Shown here in pieces: positions 17,945 to 20,000 of a DNA stretch of 20,000 nt (its first letter is position 1; the number at the start of each line of letters is the position of its first letter). The DNA comes from an uncultured virus (IMG/VR IMGVR_UViG_2061766007_001169) (lineage: Duplodnaviria; Heunggongvirae; Uroviricota; Caudoviricetes): IMG/VR virus record IMGVR_UViG_2061766007_001169; one strand, 5' to 3'. The translations under genes and the position numbers were made by a program. The notes beneath the pieces are model-generated. The model was given only the letters and a program-made list of their open reading frames with translations. It made no database searches and had not been told where the DNA came from.

Positions 17945-19443
17945 TGGCATATACGAACAGTTCAATGGTGGCTTACACCAAACTCAGCCCGAACCATTCC
18001 GGGCAGCGGACGCATTCCATCGACCGGATCACTCCTCACTGCGTGGTCGGTCAGTGTACGGCGGAGGGACTTGGGGACTGGTTCGCCAAGTCCTCCACAC
18101 AGGCATCCTCAAATTACGGCATCGATAAAGACGGCCGTGTCGGAATGTATGTGGAGGAGAAGAACCGCTCCTGGTGTTCTTCCTCCAATGCCAATGACCA
18201 GAGGGCGATCACCATCGAGTGCGCATCCGATACCACGGAGCCGTATGCGTTCCGCGACATCGTTTATCAGACGCTCATCAAGCTGTGCGTGGATATCTGC
18301 AAGCGAAACGGCAAGACGAAGCTGCTCTGGCTCGGCGATAAGGACAAGACGCTCGCCTATGAGCCGAAGTCCGGCGAGATGGTGATGACTGTCCATCGGT
18401 GGTTCGCCAATAAGTCCTGTCCCGGCAACTGGATGTATGCCAGGATGGGCGATCTTGCAGAAAAGGTCACGGCGGCTCTCGGCGGTGGTACCGAGGGTAC
18501 CGATGGTTCCACTACTACACAGGGAACACAAGCTTCTGCCTTTGCCGGGAAATCCGAGGCGGATGTTGTAAAGAGTGTGGGAGCATTGTTTACGGCAGAC
18601 CAGAAGAAAACGGGCATCCTCGCATCGGTTTCGATGGCGCAGTTCATCCTCGAATCCGGCTACGGCAAGTCGGAACTGGCGCAGAACGCCAATAACGTCT
18701 TTGGCATGAAATGCTCCCTCTCCGGCAATACCTGGAGCGGTTCGACCTGGAATGGAACGAGCAAGTACACCAAGCAGACAAAGGAGCAGAACGCGGACGG
18801 CAGCTATACCACCAGCACGGCTGACTTCCGTAAATACCCGTGCGTGGAGGATTCCATTGCCGACCATTCCGCTTATCTGCTCGGAGCGAAGAACGGCAGC
18901 AAACTCCGCTATGAAGGTCTGAAAGGCTGCACGGACTACAGGAAGGCGGCGCAGATCATCAAGGACGGCGGGTACGCCACGAGCCTGACCTATGTTCAGA
19001 ACCTCTGCTCCATCATCGAGCGGTGGAACCTCACGCAGTTTAATGTGAAGGAAAGCGAAACGGCTATCGCCTGGTACCGCGTCCGTAAGACCTGGGAGGA
19101 CGCCAAAACGCAGAAAGGCGCATATAAGATTTTGGAGAACGCCAAAAAATGCGCGGACGCCAATCCAGGATATAGTGTATTCGATGTAAACGGTGTAAAC
19201 ATCTACACACCGAAAACAACTGCTCCTGCGGCATCTGCCGATGTGCCGTTCCTCGTGCGAATCACTATCACCGACCTCAATATCCGCAAAGGACCGGGGA
19301 CGGACTATGACAGGACGCAGTATATCCCTGTCGGCGTTTACACCATCGTAGAGGTCAAGTCCGGCAAAGGTTCGACCGCAGGATGGGGACGCTTAAAGAG
19401 CGGCGCGGGATGGATCAGCCTGGACTTCGCCACGAGAGTTTAA
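17944..19443 (+). CDS. Endolysin: Amidase_2 + GH73 glucosaminidase + C-terminal cell-wall-binding (SH3-like) region
   Basis: Amidase: ITPHCVVG, ASSNYGI, ITIECAS, HRWFANKSCPG. GH73: AQFILESGYGKS.LA..ANNVFGMK, GGYATS..Y. C-terminal LNIRKGPGT.Y...YTIVEV....WGRLKSG.GWISL. TAATG coupling with holin. Confidence 0.93.
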   Translation: MAYTNSSMVAYTKLSPNHSGQRTHSIDRITPHCVVGQCTAEGLGDWFAKSSTQASSNYGIDKDGRVGMYVEEKNRSWCSSSNANDQRAITIECASDTTEPYAFRDIVYQTLIKLCVDICKRNGKTKLLWLGDKDKTLAYEPKSGEMVMTVHRWFANKSCPGNWMYARMGDLAEKVTAALGGGTEGTDGSTTTQGTQASAFAGKSEADVVKSVGALFTADQKKTGILASVSMAQFILESGYGKSELAQNANNVFGMKCSLSGNTWSGSTWNGTSKYTKQTKEQNADGSYTTSTADFRKYPCVEDSIADHSAYLLGAKNGSKLRYEGLKGCTDYRKAAQIIKDGGYATSLTYVQNLCSIIERWNLTQFNVKESETAIAWYRVRKTWEDAKTQKGAYKILENAKKCADANPGYSVFDVNGVNIYTPKTTAPAASADVPFLVRITITDLNIRKGPGTDYDRTQYIPVGVYTIVEVKSGKGSTAGWGRLKSGAGWISLDFATRV

Positions 19444-19445
19444 TC

Positions 19446-19572
19446 GGAACACGAGAACACATAGGAACAGCAAATTCCTATCTCTCTGTATATAATACGC
19501 ATTTTTTTATATACCTTATTTTCGTTCACGAAATTTATGATGTAATAGGTTTTTTCGTGTTCCTCGTGTTCC
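19446..19572. repeat. Inverted-repeat element with GGAACA iterons flanking an AT-rich core
   Basis: GGAACACGAGAACAC (19446-19460) versus GTGTTCCTCGTGTTCC (19557-19572; reverse complement GGAACACGAGGAACAC); inner CCTAT/ATAGG pair; AT-rich centre. Confidence 0.75.
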
Positions 19573-19607
19573 AACCGTTGATAATAAAGGATTTTTCGGA
19601 ACAGGTA

Positions 19608-19652
19608 CGGCCTGTGGGTGTCTCTTCGGAGAGCCTGCAGGCCGCTTTTTTT
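19608..19652 (+). terminator. Rho-independent terminator ending the late/lysis operon
   Basis: CGGCCTGTGGG(TG)TCTC-TTCG-GAGA(G)CCTGCAGGCCG long stem with C(UUCG)G loop, followed by CTTTTTTT. Confidence 0.88.
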
Positions 19653-19737
19653 ATGCCGTAACGGTGGGGGTTGAATTTCTCGGTAGTGAGTGAGGGAGAT
19701 ACCACAAGACCAATCCCTCGGAAGGAGCCGAGAGAAT

Positions 19738-20000
19738 ATGACCGATAATCAGAAAGCACAAATTTTTAAACTCCGTGCGGCTGGAAACGGCTATGGCAAG
19801 ATTGCCCAGACGCTTGGCATATCAGTGAACACAGTAAAATCTTTCTGCCGCAGGAACGATATCAACGGGGACATGGTGATCGAGCCTTCCGTAACACTCA
19901 CCGGCGAGACAACCGCCTGCGAAAACTGTGGTCGGGAGATTCAGCAGATTGCCAAGCAGAAGAAAAAACGCTTCTGCTGCGACAAGTGCCGTAACGAGTG
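19738..20000 (+). CDS. HTH + Cys-rich Zn-ribbon protein (often labelled 'sigma-70-like'), runs off window end; absent from ORF track
   Basis: RBS AAGGAG 19722-19727, ATG 19738; MTDNQKAQIFKLRAAGNGYGKIAQTLGISVNTVKSFCRRN (HTH) ... CENCGREI...KKKRFCCDKCR (CxxC...CxxxC). Confidence 0.85.
   Translation, partial: MTDNQKAQIFKLRAAGNGYGKIAQTLGISVNTVKSFCRRNDINGDMVIEPSVTLTGETTACENCGREIQQIAKQKKKRFCCDKCRNE

Noticed and set aside
19383..19759. ORFs 19383-19661 (+) and 19535-19759 (-)
   Set aside because: They overlap the lysin end, the inverted-repeat element, the terminator and the next gene start; they have no clear RBS and atypical composition.

Overview
This window holds the late-gene half of a Firmicutes-type (Clostridiales-like) siphovirus or prophage, all on the + strand. 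In order: ClpP-type head protease (3' end), HK97-fold major capsid, four head-tail/neck genes, phi13-type major tail protein, G/GT tail chaperones, tape measure, distal tail (Dit), a LamG-Tal-CBM tail tip protein, two small adaptor-like genes, an 823-aa GH18 glycoside hydrolase, holin, a two-catalytic-domain endolysin, an inverted-repeat element, a terminator, and the start of an HTH/Zn-ribbon gene missing from the ORF track. The sequence is a scaffold with 20 N-gaps, 18 of them exactly 10 N. Between ~3.2 and 11.7 kb it strings together out-of-order, overlapping alleles of the same genes (up to 4 versions of Dit and tail-tip segments). This most likely reflects several co-assembled related phages, not a real tandem array. 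Best leads: (1) a CBM-like beta-sandwich apparently split between the tail-tip C-terminus and two paralogous downstream peptides; (2) a GH18 barrel interrupted by a very large insertion; (3) protein-level allelic variation in the LamG domain; (4) an inverted GGAACA-iteron/AT-rich element after the lysin; (5) a -1 frameshift that can be rebuilt across a scaffold gap. All product calls come from motif recognition and synteny; no searches were run.
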